Assembly (NCBI GenBank): GCA_951406725.2
Contig: OX597817.1
Span: 128,464,001-128,528,000 of the forward strand
Reading direction: 5' to 3'
DNA length: 64,000 nucleotides
DNA from: Octopus vulgaris
Taxonomy: Eukaryota
Made by a program: the position numbers and the translations under genes
Part shown: piece after piece, positions 54,056-64,000 of the stretch
Layout of the letters: the number at the start of each line of letters is the position of its first letter
Numbering within the stretch: position 1 is the stretch's first letter
The notes under the pieces: model-generated
Seen by the model: only the letters and a program-made list of their open reading frames with translations
What the model was told of the DNA's origin: nothing
Databases searched by the model: none

Positions 54056-54949
54056 ACAAAAAGAGAAAAAAAACACAAAACAAAACAAACAGATAACATG
54101 ATAGGTCTTTCCATAGAAAAGATCATTTTAAGTCGGATTGAACAAAGGGCAGCAAAGGGTAAAAACAAATTAATAGGAAAATATATATATACACAACTTT
54201 ACGATTTAATGATAAATGTAAATTTGTAAAAATTTAAAACGAAAGGAAACGAACAAATGGTCTTCCGTTTTAGACGATGAATAATAGGACGGTAATGATT
54301 TCCAGTTGGCAACTAGACCAGACTTATGTACGTCCATTTTTGATGTCTTTTCCTTTCTGTGAACGTCTTTGTTATCCGTCAGCACCATTTTTCAATATTA
54401 TTTGTAACCTAAACAATAGTTATGCTGCTCACAGCTTCATATTTTCTAACCTGCGATGACGAATATTTTTCTGCCTTTATCTATCCATCTACCTTCCTTT
54501 ATCTGCCAATCTGTCAATATCTCTTTACTGTTTGACATCCTGCCGCAATATCACTTTTCCTTCCCTCTCTACTTTATAATATTATCTGAGTACCGGTTTC
54601 GTCCTGTTCCTGAATTTCCTTCTTTACACAGCCTTACTCCTATTTCATATCCTCTATCTTTCTCGCAGTGCTTGTCACCACTCTTACTTATCTCCCTTGC
54701 CTGAATATACCATCTCTTTTCTCCTCCTACTTGTTTTTCTGATAGCACTAGACACATTTTATGTCTTATACTTTACTACATTATTTCAGTTACTATACAA
54801 TTATATAGTTTGGTTAAATATTAATATAACTATCTATATTGGATATATTGCCGTGAAGGGACTTATCACTTATTACAAAATGGTGGCAGATTTTCGTCGT
54901 GTTTGATGGGAAACAACAAATGGGAGACAAACTGAATGATCGATCGCAA

Positions 54950-55468
54950 GTTGATTTGTTCAAATAAATGTTGTTATATTATGGTGCAAAGTTCATTGCG
55001 ATGAATATTCGCAACTCTCTCACGGGTTATGTTGATAATATTGGCTATTTGATTTATTGTCTCTGGCCTGTTATCCAACACATGTAGTGAACACGATCAA
55101 TATTTTTCTTGGCGGGGGAAGTTTCAGGACCTTTTGTCATCTTTAAGACTCTCTCTGTTCCTCCTAAATTCAGCTGCTCACTTTTGCACAGATGATGAAG
55201 CTGGGACGTTTTCCCCTAGTGTAACAACCATGTCAGTATGAATGACATTGGCAGCTAAATCCTTTTTTCTGCTGGTAGTTCATAACATCACGATGCCAAA
55301 TTTCGTCCATTTTCAAGAGAAGTCCTTGAGCACTCAGATTTCAGTTTACTGGAAATAAACAATGCAGTTATCAATAGGAAAATTTGGAATTAATGCATGC
55401 ACGATTTGTTAGCACTAGCATCAATCCTTCATATTCAGCCGATGAATTTTTCAGCTCACTTTCGTATA
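54950..55468 (-). mobile_element. mariner 5' fragment (end plus N-terminal HTH)
   Basis: MDEIWHRDVM..IHTDMVVTLGENVPASSSVQK*AAEFRRNRESLKDDKRS; end TACGAAAGTGAGCTGAAAA. Confidence 0.7.
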
Positions 55469-55529
55469 TGTTTATGTGCGTGTGCTCGCACACACTTGTG
55501 TGTGTGCGCGTGTGTGTGTGTGTGTGCGC

Positions 55530-55605
<76 letters not shown>

Positions 55606-55744
55606 GCGTAGGTGTGAAACCACATGCGGGGCAACTTTGGGCATGGGTTTTCTACCTTAGCCCTGAGACAAGAAAAACTTTGTGAGTGGATTTAGTAGCT
55701 GGAAACGGAAAGAATGCCGTCATAGAAAAAATTATAATTCATAT

Positions 55745-56130
55745 TCTTTTATTTTTTACATGTTTCAATCATTTGGCAACGGCCATACTGGAGCACCGCC
55801 TTACAGGGTTTTAGTCGAACAAATCGCCCCAGGGACATATTCTTTGTAAGCCTTGTACTTATTCTATCGGCACTTTTGCTACTAAGTTATGCGGACATAA
55901 ACACACCAACACCGTTTGTCAAGCAATGGGGGAGGGGTGAATAAATACAGGTACAAACACACATTCACACACATACACATATATATGACGGGCTTCTTTC
56001 AGTTTCCATCTGCCAAATCCACTCACAAGGCTTTGGTCGGCCTGAGTTTGTAGTAAAGTCTTACCCAAGGTGACACGCAGTGAGACTGAACCCGGAACCA
56101 TGTAGTTGGGAAGCAAGCTTCTTACCACAC
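55745..56130 (-). mobile_element. SINE family B
   Basis: Reverse match to the family. Confidence 0.85.
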
Positions 56131-56367
56131 GATCATCTATGTGTTTGTCTTTGTGTTGCATTTGTTCGTCTACCGCTTGACAACCAGTAGTGGTTTTATA
56201 TTTTTACACCTCCGTAACTTAACAGTAAGGCAAAGTCTATAGCTACCTACCTACCTACCTACCTACCTACCTACCTACCTACCTACCAACCTACCTACCT
56301 ACCTACCTACCTACCCACCTACCTACCTACACATATACACACACACATACATACATACAAACATACA

Positions 56368-56395
<28 letters not shown>

Positions 56396-56398
<3 letters not shown>

Positions 56399-56626
56399 TT
56401 CTTTACTACCCACAAGGGGCTAAACACGGAGGGGACAAACAAGAACAGACGAACGGATTAAGTCGATTACATCGACCCCAGTGCGTAACTGGTACTTATT
56501 TAATCGACCCCGAAAGGATGAAAGGCAAAGTCGACCTCGGCGGAATTTGAACTCTGAACGTAGCGACAGACGAAATACGGCTACGCATTTCGCCCGGAGT
56601 GCTAACGTTTCTGCCAGCTCGCAGCC
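56396..56626 (-). mobile_element. SINE family A inside (CATA)n
   Basis: Near-consensus reverse copy. Confidence 0.9.
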
Positions 56627-56683
56627 GTACGTACATACATACATACATACATACATACATACATACATACATACATACATACA

Positions 56684-56723
<40 letters not shown>

Positions 56724-56839
56724 CATATAAACAACAATTTCCCTTATCTTTCTAAGCATTGGTTAATATGAGATCATTATAAATGATACATGAACATGGT
56801 GTCATTCAGTGGGATTAAACCTAGGAATACGTATTTACG

Positions 56840-57248
56840 GGATATGGGAAGCACTCCGTCGGTTACGACGACTTCAGGAAAATTTCTTTTCTTCCTGTTT
56901 GAATGATTCTATATTGTCAATAAATTAACGTGTATCAGTGCGGCTGAGCACTGGCACGGACACGTGTACCGCCGGGCGAACGTAGTTCTCGGGGATATTT
57001 CAGTCTGACACAGAGAGTGACAAGGCCAGCCCTTTGAAATACTGGTACAACAGAAACAGGAAGTAAGAGTGAGAGAAAGTTGTGGTGAAAGAGTACAGCA
57101 GGGATCACCACATTCCCCTGCCGGAGCCTCGTGGAGCTTTTAGGTGTTTTCGCTCAATAAACACTCACAACGCCCGGTCTGGGTATCGAAAATGCGATCC
57201 TACGACCGCGAGTCCGCTGCCCTAACCACTGGGCCATTGCGCCTCCAC
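56840..57248 (-). mobile_element. tRNA-derived SINE (family C head) with a 12-bp target-site duplication
   Basis: Head GTGGAGGCGCAATGGCCCAGTGGTTAGGG; TACGTATTTACG at 56828-56839 and 57249-57260. Confidence 0.85.
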
Positions 57249-57351
57249 TACGTATTTACGACAAGCACCGTGACTAAAGGCGTCCCACACTTCAGGAAAA
57301 TTTCTTTGCTTCCTGTTTGAACGACTCTATATTGTCAATAATTTCATTATC

Positions 57352-57799
57352 AGGGCGGCGAGCTGGCAGAAACGTTAGCACGCCGGGCGAAATGCTTAGC
57401 GGTGTTTCGTGTCTCTACGTTCTCAGTTCAAATTTCGCAGAGATCGACTTTGCCTTTCATCCTTTCGGGGTCGATAAATTAAGTACTAGTTACGTACTGG
57501 GGTCGATCTAATTGACCGACTCCCTCCTCAAAAATTTGGGGTCCTGTGCCAAGAGTTAGAAAATAATATTTTCATTATCAAGGCGCCAAGCAGTCAGAAA
57601 CGTTAGCACGCCGGGCGAAATTGCTATCGGTGTTTCATCTATCTTTGCGCTCAGAGTTCAAATTCCACTGAGGTCAACTTTACCTTTCATCCTTTCGGAG
57701 TCGATGAATTAAGTATCAGTTGCGTTCCTGGGTCGATCTAATCGACTGGCCCCTCCCCCAAAATTTCGGACCTTGTGCATAGAGTAGAAAAGAATATTT
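57352..57799 (+). mobile_element. two tandem SINE family A copies
   Basis: 57352-57571 and 57581-57799. Confidence 0.85.
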
Positions 57800-57934
57800 T
57801 CTTTATCTTTTAACTCATTTGTATGTGATCTGAGAAAGACATAATTTCTTTTTATAGCAAGTCGAATGACTGCATAGATACACAATCGTTGTTTCATATA
57901 CACACGTGTCTTAAGAGTATGTGCATAATATTGC

Positions 57935-57973
<39 letters not shown>

Positions 57974-58096
57974 TTCACAATCAAGGAACGGCCATAATAG
58001 GCCATTCACCCACTAGAAATAACAGCCAAAGCTTTAACCGCAAAATAACATTAATTCCGTAAACCAGGAGAAAATTAAAAAACATTTACCCTGTAA

Positions 58097-58201
58097 TTTC
58101 TTATACGATGCACCGTTTCATCTACAGTTTAATGGTAAACTAACCTGATTAAATTAAATCAAGCCAATCTTCCATAGGCCCTTAGATTCCTCAGTAAGAA
58201 A
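58097..58201 (-). ncRNA. type I hammerhead ribozyme
   Basis: Reverse complement of 58911-59015. Confidence 0.9.
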
Positions 58202-58585
58202 TAGCCAGAACGGAACAGATATTTTCACGAGGCATTTCCGTCCCTGCCTCGGCAATATCTGACCTAAAATTTTCAAATCATCGCACTCGCGCCAAATTTA
58301 TCGGCAGCAAATAAATATAAGCCGCCGATTCCATTACGGAATCAACCAGAAAATTCATAATTAATCAATATAGGGTGGCAAAAAAAATTTTGTAGAATTT
58401 TTTGCCACCAGCGGCCTAGTGGGAAAAAATTAAATAGTCATAGACCATTTATAAGTTCAACTTCACAATCAAGGAACGGCCATAATAGGCCATTCACCCA
58501 CTAGAAATAACAGCCAAAGCTTTAACCGCAAAATAACATTAATTCCGTAAACCAGGAGAAAATTAAAAAAACATTTACCCTGTAA

Positions 58586-58690
58586 TTTCTTATACGATGC
58601 ACCGTTTCATCTACAGTTTAATGGTAAACTAACCTGATTAAATTAAATCAAGCCAATCTTCCATAGGCCCTTAGATTCCTCAGTAAGAAA
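58586..58690 (-). ncRNA. type I hammerhead ribozyme
   Basis: Reverse complement of 58911-59015. Confidence 0.9.
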
Positions 58691-58910
58691 TAGCCAGAAC
58701 GGAACAGATATTTTCACGAGGCATTTTTGTTTGCCACCCTATATTGATTAATTATGAATTTTCTGGTTGATTCCGTAATGGAATCGGCGGCTTATATTTA
58801 TTTGCTGCCGATAAATTTGGCGCGAGTGCGATGATTTGAAAATTTTAGGTCAGATATTGCCGAGGCAGGGACGGAAATGCCTCGTGAAAATATCTGTTCC
58901 GTTCTGGCTA

Positions 58911-59015
58911 TTTCTTACTGAGGAATCTAAGGGCCTATGGAAGATTGGCTTGATTTAATTTAATCAGGTTAGTTTACCATTAAACTGTAGATGAAACGGT
59001 GCATCGTATAAGAAA
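58911..59015 (+). ncRNA. type I hammerhead ribozyme
   Basis: TTTCTTA-CTGAGGA-ATCTA..long hairpin..TAGAT-GAAA-CGGT-gc-ATCG-TA-TAAGAAA; 7-bp stem I; predicted cleavage after GUA at 59008. Confidence 0.9.
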
Positions 59016-59238
59016 TTACAGGGTAAATGTTTTTTTAATTTTCTCCTGGTTTACGGAATTAATGTTATTTTGCGGTTAAAGCTTTGGCTGTTATTTCTAG
59101 TGGGTGAATGGCCTATTATGGCCGTTCCTTGATTGTGAAGTTGAACTTATAAATGGTCTATGACTATTTAATTTTTTCCCACTAGGCCGCTGGTGGCAAA
59201 AAAATTCTACAAAATTTTTTTTGCCACCCTATATTGAT

Positions 59239-59300
<62 letters not shown>

Positions 59301-59479
59301 CAAATATGCCTGTAAATATCTGCCTAAATATTTCATTCACTCAGCTTTACGTGTCACAATACTTACCACCGAGCCATGTAATATAATGACTTACAATTGA
59401 CTAATTGATTTAAACGACATGTGATTCTATTAGTCAATAGTCCTGAACTAACAATAAAGCATGTTTTTTATCTTGTGTT

Positions 59480-60080
59480 GTTATCTTTTACTTGTTTCAG
59501 TCATTTGACAGCAGCCATGCTGGGGCACCGCCTTGGATGTATTTTTATCAAACAAATCAACCCTAGGAGTTATTTTCTTTTTAAACCTGGTACCTACTCT
59601 ATCAGTCGCTTATTGCTGAACCGCTAAGTTATGGAGACGCAAATACACTAATACCAGCTGTCAAGCCGTGATGGGGGACAAACACAAACATAAAGGCACA
59701 CACACAGGTATATATAAAAGAATTTTTTGCGTAATAAGATAAAAAACCAAGGCTCTATAGATATTAGAGCATTTATAGATAGAAGGTCTTACAGCTGTTT
59801 CTAGGATATTAATTAATAAATCCCTTCATCGGAGATGGTGTGAGAAGAAAGGTCTGTCTATAACAGTTATTCAGCATTACCTGACACCTTTGGGTTTCAA
59901 TGACACTATTATCTCTTATATATATATATATATATATATATACGACAAGCTTCTTTCAATTTCCTTCTACCGAATCCGCTCACAAGACTTTGGTCGGCCC
60001 GAAGCTACAGTAAAAGACAGCTGAACTCTGAACTATGTGGTTGAGAAGCAAGCTTCTTACCATACGTTCACGCCTGCGCC
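59480..60080 (-). mobile_element. SINE family B interrupted at its internal microsatellite by an HHR-bearing insert (~59710-59920)
   Basis: 3' half at 59480-59705, 5' half at 59940-60080. Confidence 0.8.
59787..59835 (-). ncRNA. type I hammerhead ribozyme (CCGA variant)
   Basis: TCT-CCGATGA-aGGGAT..ATCCTa-GAAA-CAGCTG-TA-AGA; mismatch at the base of stem II. Confidence 0.65.
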
Positions 60081-60659
60081 CATGTTACCTTTAGTACTAA
60101 TGTGATCTAATTTTAGATTGATTTACTGATAAGCTGAAATGAATCCTGATGCTATTGTTTGACTAACAACAAAATGTCACATTGGCAGTTTTGAAAGCGT
60201 ATGACAAGATGTTATGCGGTATTTGTTCTGACGTTTCCCTTATTTGGTATAAACTTCGTAAAAGCCAACTTTATCCGTCATCCTTTCAAGGTCGATAAAA
60301 TAAAGTACCAGTCTAGTTCAGTCCAATCCGGAGAACTGGTGGATTCATTAGAGCAATATCTTTGCTGGCCCCTTGAGTTTTGAGGTTGTAGACTTAATTT
60401 GAACCTCCCACTTTTAACTCTATCATCTCGGCTTTGAGTGCTCTAAGTGGAGGTTAATCTGTTGCAAACATTCGGAAAATCTCTGGTTTGACAGTAATCT
60501 CCTTCTTTTCTCTGAATGTATAGTAAAAATAGAACGTGGTGTAGAGAATGGAATGGGAATGTCTATGAAAGAAGCGATCTCAATAATTTAAATTCTCAAA
60601 CAGCTTAAACCAGGATATAATGCAATAGATACACCCATGATTTTAACAATTCTTATACC

Positions 60660-60971
60660 CATGATCATCATCGATATTCCTCCTCCTCCGCCATCATCAT
60701 CATCGTCGTCGTCCTCCTCCTCCTCCTCCCCTCCACCACCACCACCACCACCACCCCACGCTCCTCCTCCTCATCATCATCATCATCGTCATCATCATTG
60801 TCAACAACAGAGGCAACAATCGTAGCACAGCAGCAGAGATCGTTATCAAAATCACCACCACCGCCACCATCACCTCCTCCACTTCCACTGCCACCAATAC
60901 CGCCACCACTATCGCCGTCATCACACCACCACCACTACCATCACTACCATCAGTACCACCATCACCACCAC

Positions 60972-61007
<36 letters not shown>

Positions 61008-61185
61008 GACCGCTGTCGTCGTCGTCGTTGTTGTCGCTTTGATGATAATGACGAGACTACCATTACCATCGTCGTCGTCGTCGTCGTCGTCTTCTACGTC
61101 GTTGTGGTCATCGTCATCATATTTGTGGCTGCTGTGGACGCCGAGGTGTTAGTCGCCGTCGTTATCATCATCGTTATCGTCATGG
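60660..61185. repeat. (CCT)n/(CCA)n/(CAT)n/(CGT)n low-complexity tract
   Basis: Seen directly. Confidence 0.9.
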
Positions 61186-61612
61186 AAAAGTCAAAGTACG
61201 GCAGGTAAATACACTAAGATAAGGCGTGTCTGCACGAACGAACCCAATGCCCTCTTCATGCTTGGTGTTCTCTGAGACATGTTCAACGAGGCATGTACTA
61301 GATGCTTTGTATTGCTGCATGATGCCAGCCAGCTCCTACTTTCAGCGATCTATACTCATGTCTGTGTCTGTGTGCAATTATTTCTGTTATGTAAGTGTAT
61401 GTATTGTATTGTATGTATGTATGTATGTATGTATGTATGTATGTATGTATGTATGTACGTATGTATGTATGTACGTATGCATGTATGTGTGTATGTACTG
61501 TATTGTATAGATATATGTATGTTTGCATGTACTGTATTGCATATATATGAGTGTGTGCGTGTATATATATGTATATAGATGTATATATGTATATATATAT
61601 ATATATATATAT

Positions 61613-61666
61613 AAGTTCAGCAAAAATTTAGATTCGAATGAGTCATTCTTGTTGCTTATTTTGATT
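61613..61666 (-). repeat. internally deleted copy of the 43852-44043 element in (TA)n
   Basis: AAGTTCAGCAAAAATTTAGATTCGAATGA joined to GTCATTCTTGTTGCTTATTTTGA, the two termini of that element. Confidence 0.85.
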
Positions 61667-62289
61667 ATATATATATATATATATAGATATATATATATAT
61701 ACGTATATATACATGCATACATACACATATGTGAGCATACATGTATTTATATACATAATTATGCATGTATGTAGTATCAGTATATTTCTTCCTGTTTTTA
61801 CCTTTTCCTTGTCAGACAGTGTACGCCTAGCTTTTATGTCAGGCGGTGCCTCGGGCAACCTGATATCAATGTGCAATACACGCACACACACGCACATACA
61901 CACACACACACTCACACACACATTCACATTCCCATATATATACATTGATACATATATGTGTAACATGTTTGTATGTATGTATGCATATATATGTATATGT
62001 ACAAATGCATGTGCGCTTTTATCTATGCATGTATGCATACATACATGCTTCTATGCTTGCATGTATATGCAGCCATGCATGTATGTATGCATGCATGCAT
62101 AGGAAGTGATAAGGCTTTCTATTTCGAATCTAGCTGTTACTTGAAACTTTTGAAAATGTCAGTTCGGGCAAGTCCTATAATAGCGTTTCATTCATAAGTG
62201 TCCCGTCTTTTCTAAAAGTATCCATAACTTTGTTATCAATAACTATATTATCTTTAACTACATCACTTATAACTACATTAATCTGACGA

Positions 62290-62465
62290 GGTGACACGCT
62301 CTGCAAAATGCTTTGTCTCTCTTTATGCTTTGAGTTCAAATTCCTCCAATGTCGACTTTGCCTTTCGGGGTCGACAAAATAAGTACCAGTTGCATACTGG
62401 GGTCGATGTAATCCACTAGCTCCCCCAACCCCACCAAAAAGTTTAGGCCTTAGCAGAAAGTATTA
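62290..62465 (+). mobile_element. decayed SINE family A
   Basis: GAGTTCAAATTCC..GTCGACTTTGCCTTTCGGGGTCGAC..AAGTACCAG. Confidence 0.75.
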
Positions 62466-62776
62466 TTTATGACTACATTATGCGGTGCATCCTTTCTTTT
62501 TAAAATGCTAAGATATGATTCAAGGAATATTTGGGTGCAATTTCATTGCAATTTACCATAAAGTCATCGGGTTATTGCAGTTTTGTGTTGTGGTAAATTA
62601 TAAGGCATAGCTTCAAATTGCTACCATATGTTTTCCTACTTCTAGTAAATTTTTTTGTTTGTGTTGTACAGCCATATTCTGTTTCATATATTTCAGTATT
62701 CGAATATTAATTGCTCGATTTGTAATTTCCGTATAATATCCCATTGTGTTATAGGTTAAATTGCTTAATTTATTAA

Positions 62777-62962
62777 GGCGGCGAGTTGGTAGCTTCGTTA
62801 GCCTCTCAGACAAAATGCTTGGCGGCATTTCTCCCGGTTCTTTATGTTCTGAGGTCAAATTTGCCTTTCATCCTTTCGAGGCGGTGAAAAAAATTGTACC
62901 TGCCTGGGGTCAATGTCATAAACAAACTTTTGTTTATGTGTCTATAGTAGAAAGGATTATTA
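62777..62962 (+). mobile_element. decayed SINE family A
   Basis: GGCGGCGAGTTGG..TTTGCCTTTCATCCTTTCG. Confidence 0.75.
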
Positions 62963-63334
62963 GTTTTATTGGATTTTATTCCTTTAGTCGAGTATCCTCT
63001 TTTCGTTGTGTATCCTAGTTCGAACATAAGTTTGTTTGACTGTTTGACTATTTAAATGGGAGAAGATATAGACCTACGACTAACAAACCTTGATGAAAAC
63101 TCCGCTGTATTTAGAGCTTCAGATGTTTCATTCCTCTGTCTAGCTAAGGGATACAATCCGATTTACAGCAATTGTGTCTATTGTTGGAAATAGTATTTAA
63201 ATCGGCTCTGATCTACTATATCTCTGCTCAAAGTTGTTCTAGCTGTGATCATCGATTCTTTTGTTTCTAGATACAGTGTAAACGAAGACTACATTTTCAG
63301 ATATATAACAGATATTACATGGTGAACACTCTGT

Positions 63335-63365
<31 letters not shown>

Positions 63366-64000
63366 ATCGATTTGGTATGATTGGCTACGACTGTTGTGCC
63401 TCGATGTATGTGCCTCAATGTGCCTTGATGTATGAGGTGATCGTACCTATACTGGTAAAAAAAACTATATTACTATTTTGAGTCGTAAAATAAAGTATCC
63501 TTCTCATGTCGAGAAAGTTTTCATTATTATTTTTTTTTTATTTTGAGGTGTTTGTTTCATAATGAATGCAATACATGTGTGGGAATGATATGCAACCTGT
63601 GATGGTAAAAGTTTGTTATTCTATGAGTGTTATTTTTATGTTCTTTGTAATTCATGAACTTTTGCATAAAAATTCGAAACCCAGCTATGTTTCGTATCTT
63701 CTATAATGAATCTAATGTATTCTCTGAAAACAAATGTTTTTTTCCTGTTATCCAAAATGTGAGCTAAATATAGTTACGGGCTGTTGCTCCCATTTCTGCT
63801 GCAAATTTTATAGATATACTTTATGAAATTTCCAGTTTTTTGTGTGTTTGTGTCAGTGGTTGTCGTGCAATGGGCTGCAAGAGGTTCTTAGGTGCGCTGT
63901 GGATTTTTCTTCGAAAATATAAAGGTTTTTTAAAAATATATTAAATCTTCATTGTCTTGAAAACGCGTGGTTATTCATAATTCTGCTATACACTAGAGGG

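Larger units (their letters stand above)
57973..59240. mobile_element. retrozyme-like non-coding element: ~489-nt unit, 1.5 tandem copies plus one inverted permuted copy, inside (TA)n
   Basis: 57973-58460 repeats at 58461-58726; 58730-59240 is the reverse complement of a full unit with ~20-nt terminal redundancy; three HHR motifs; no long ORF. Confidence 0.85.

Noticed and set aside
57973-59240. CRISPR array or TIR DNA transposon interpretation
   Set aside because: No short repeat-spacer pattern; arms are permuted tandem units with ribozyme motifs and unequal ends
60637-61208. Poly-Pro/His ORFs with a donor-like CAG|GTAAAT at ~61204
   Set aside because: Trinucleotide low-complexity sequence with no recognisable domain or clear acceptor

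Overview
AT-rich, repeat-dense eukaryotic DNA, apparently intronic or intergenic. The tRNA-derived SINE families and very dense microsatellites suggest an octopus or other coleoid cephalopod genome (inference, not verified). No intact protein-coding gene is visible, and most track ORFs are microsatellite translations. The only host-gene signal is a candidate 51-nt minus-strand exon at 5091-5141. The window holds many SINE copies from at least three families and decayed Tc1/mariner, pogo, Helitron, Ty3/Gypsy, L1/Tx1, R4/Dong, RTE and CR1-like fragments. The most notable signal is a set of (TA)n-embedded elements carrying type I hammerhead ribozyme (HHR) motifs, often as tail-out inverted repeats. 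The best case is a non-coding, highly structured ~489-nt unit at 57973-59240, present as tandem plus inverted and circularly permuted copies with three intact HHR motifs (retrozyme-like). Decayed Penelope-like (Naiad-type GIY-YIG) elements with their own HHRs in the window are candidates for the family that mobilises it.
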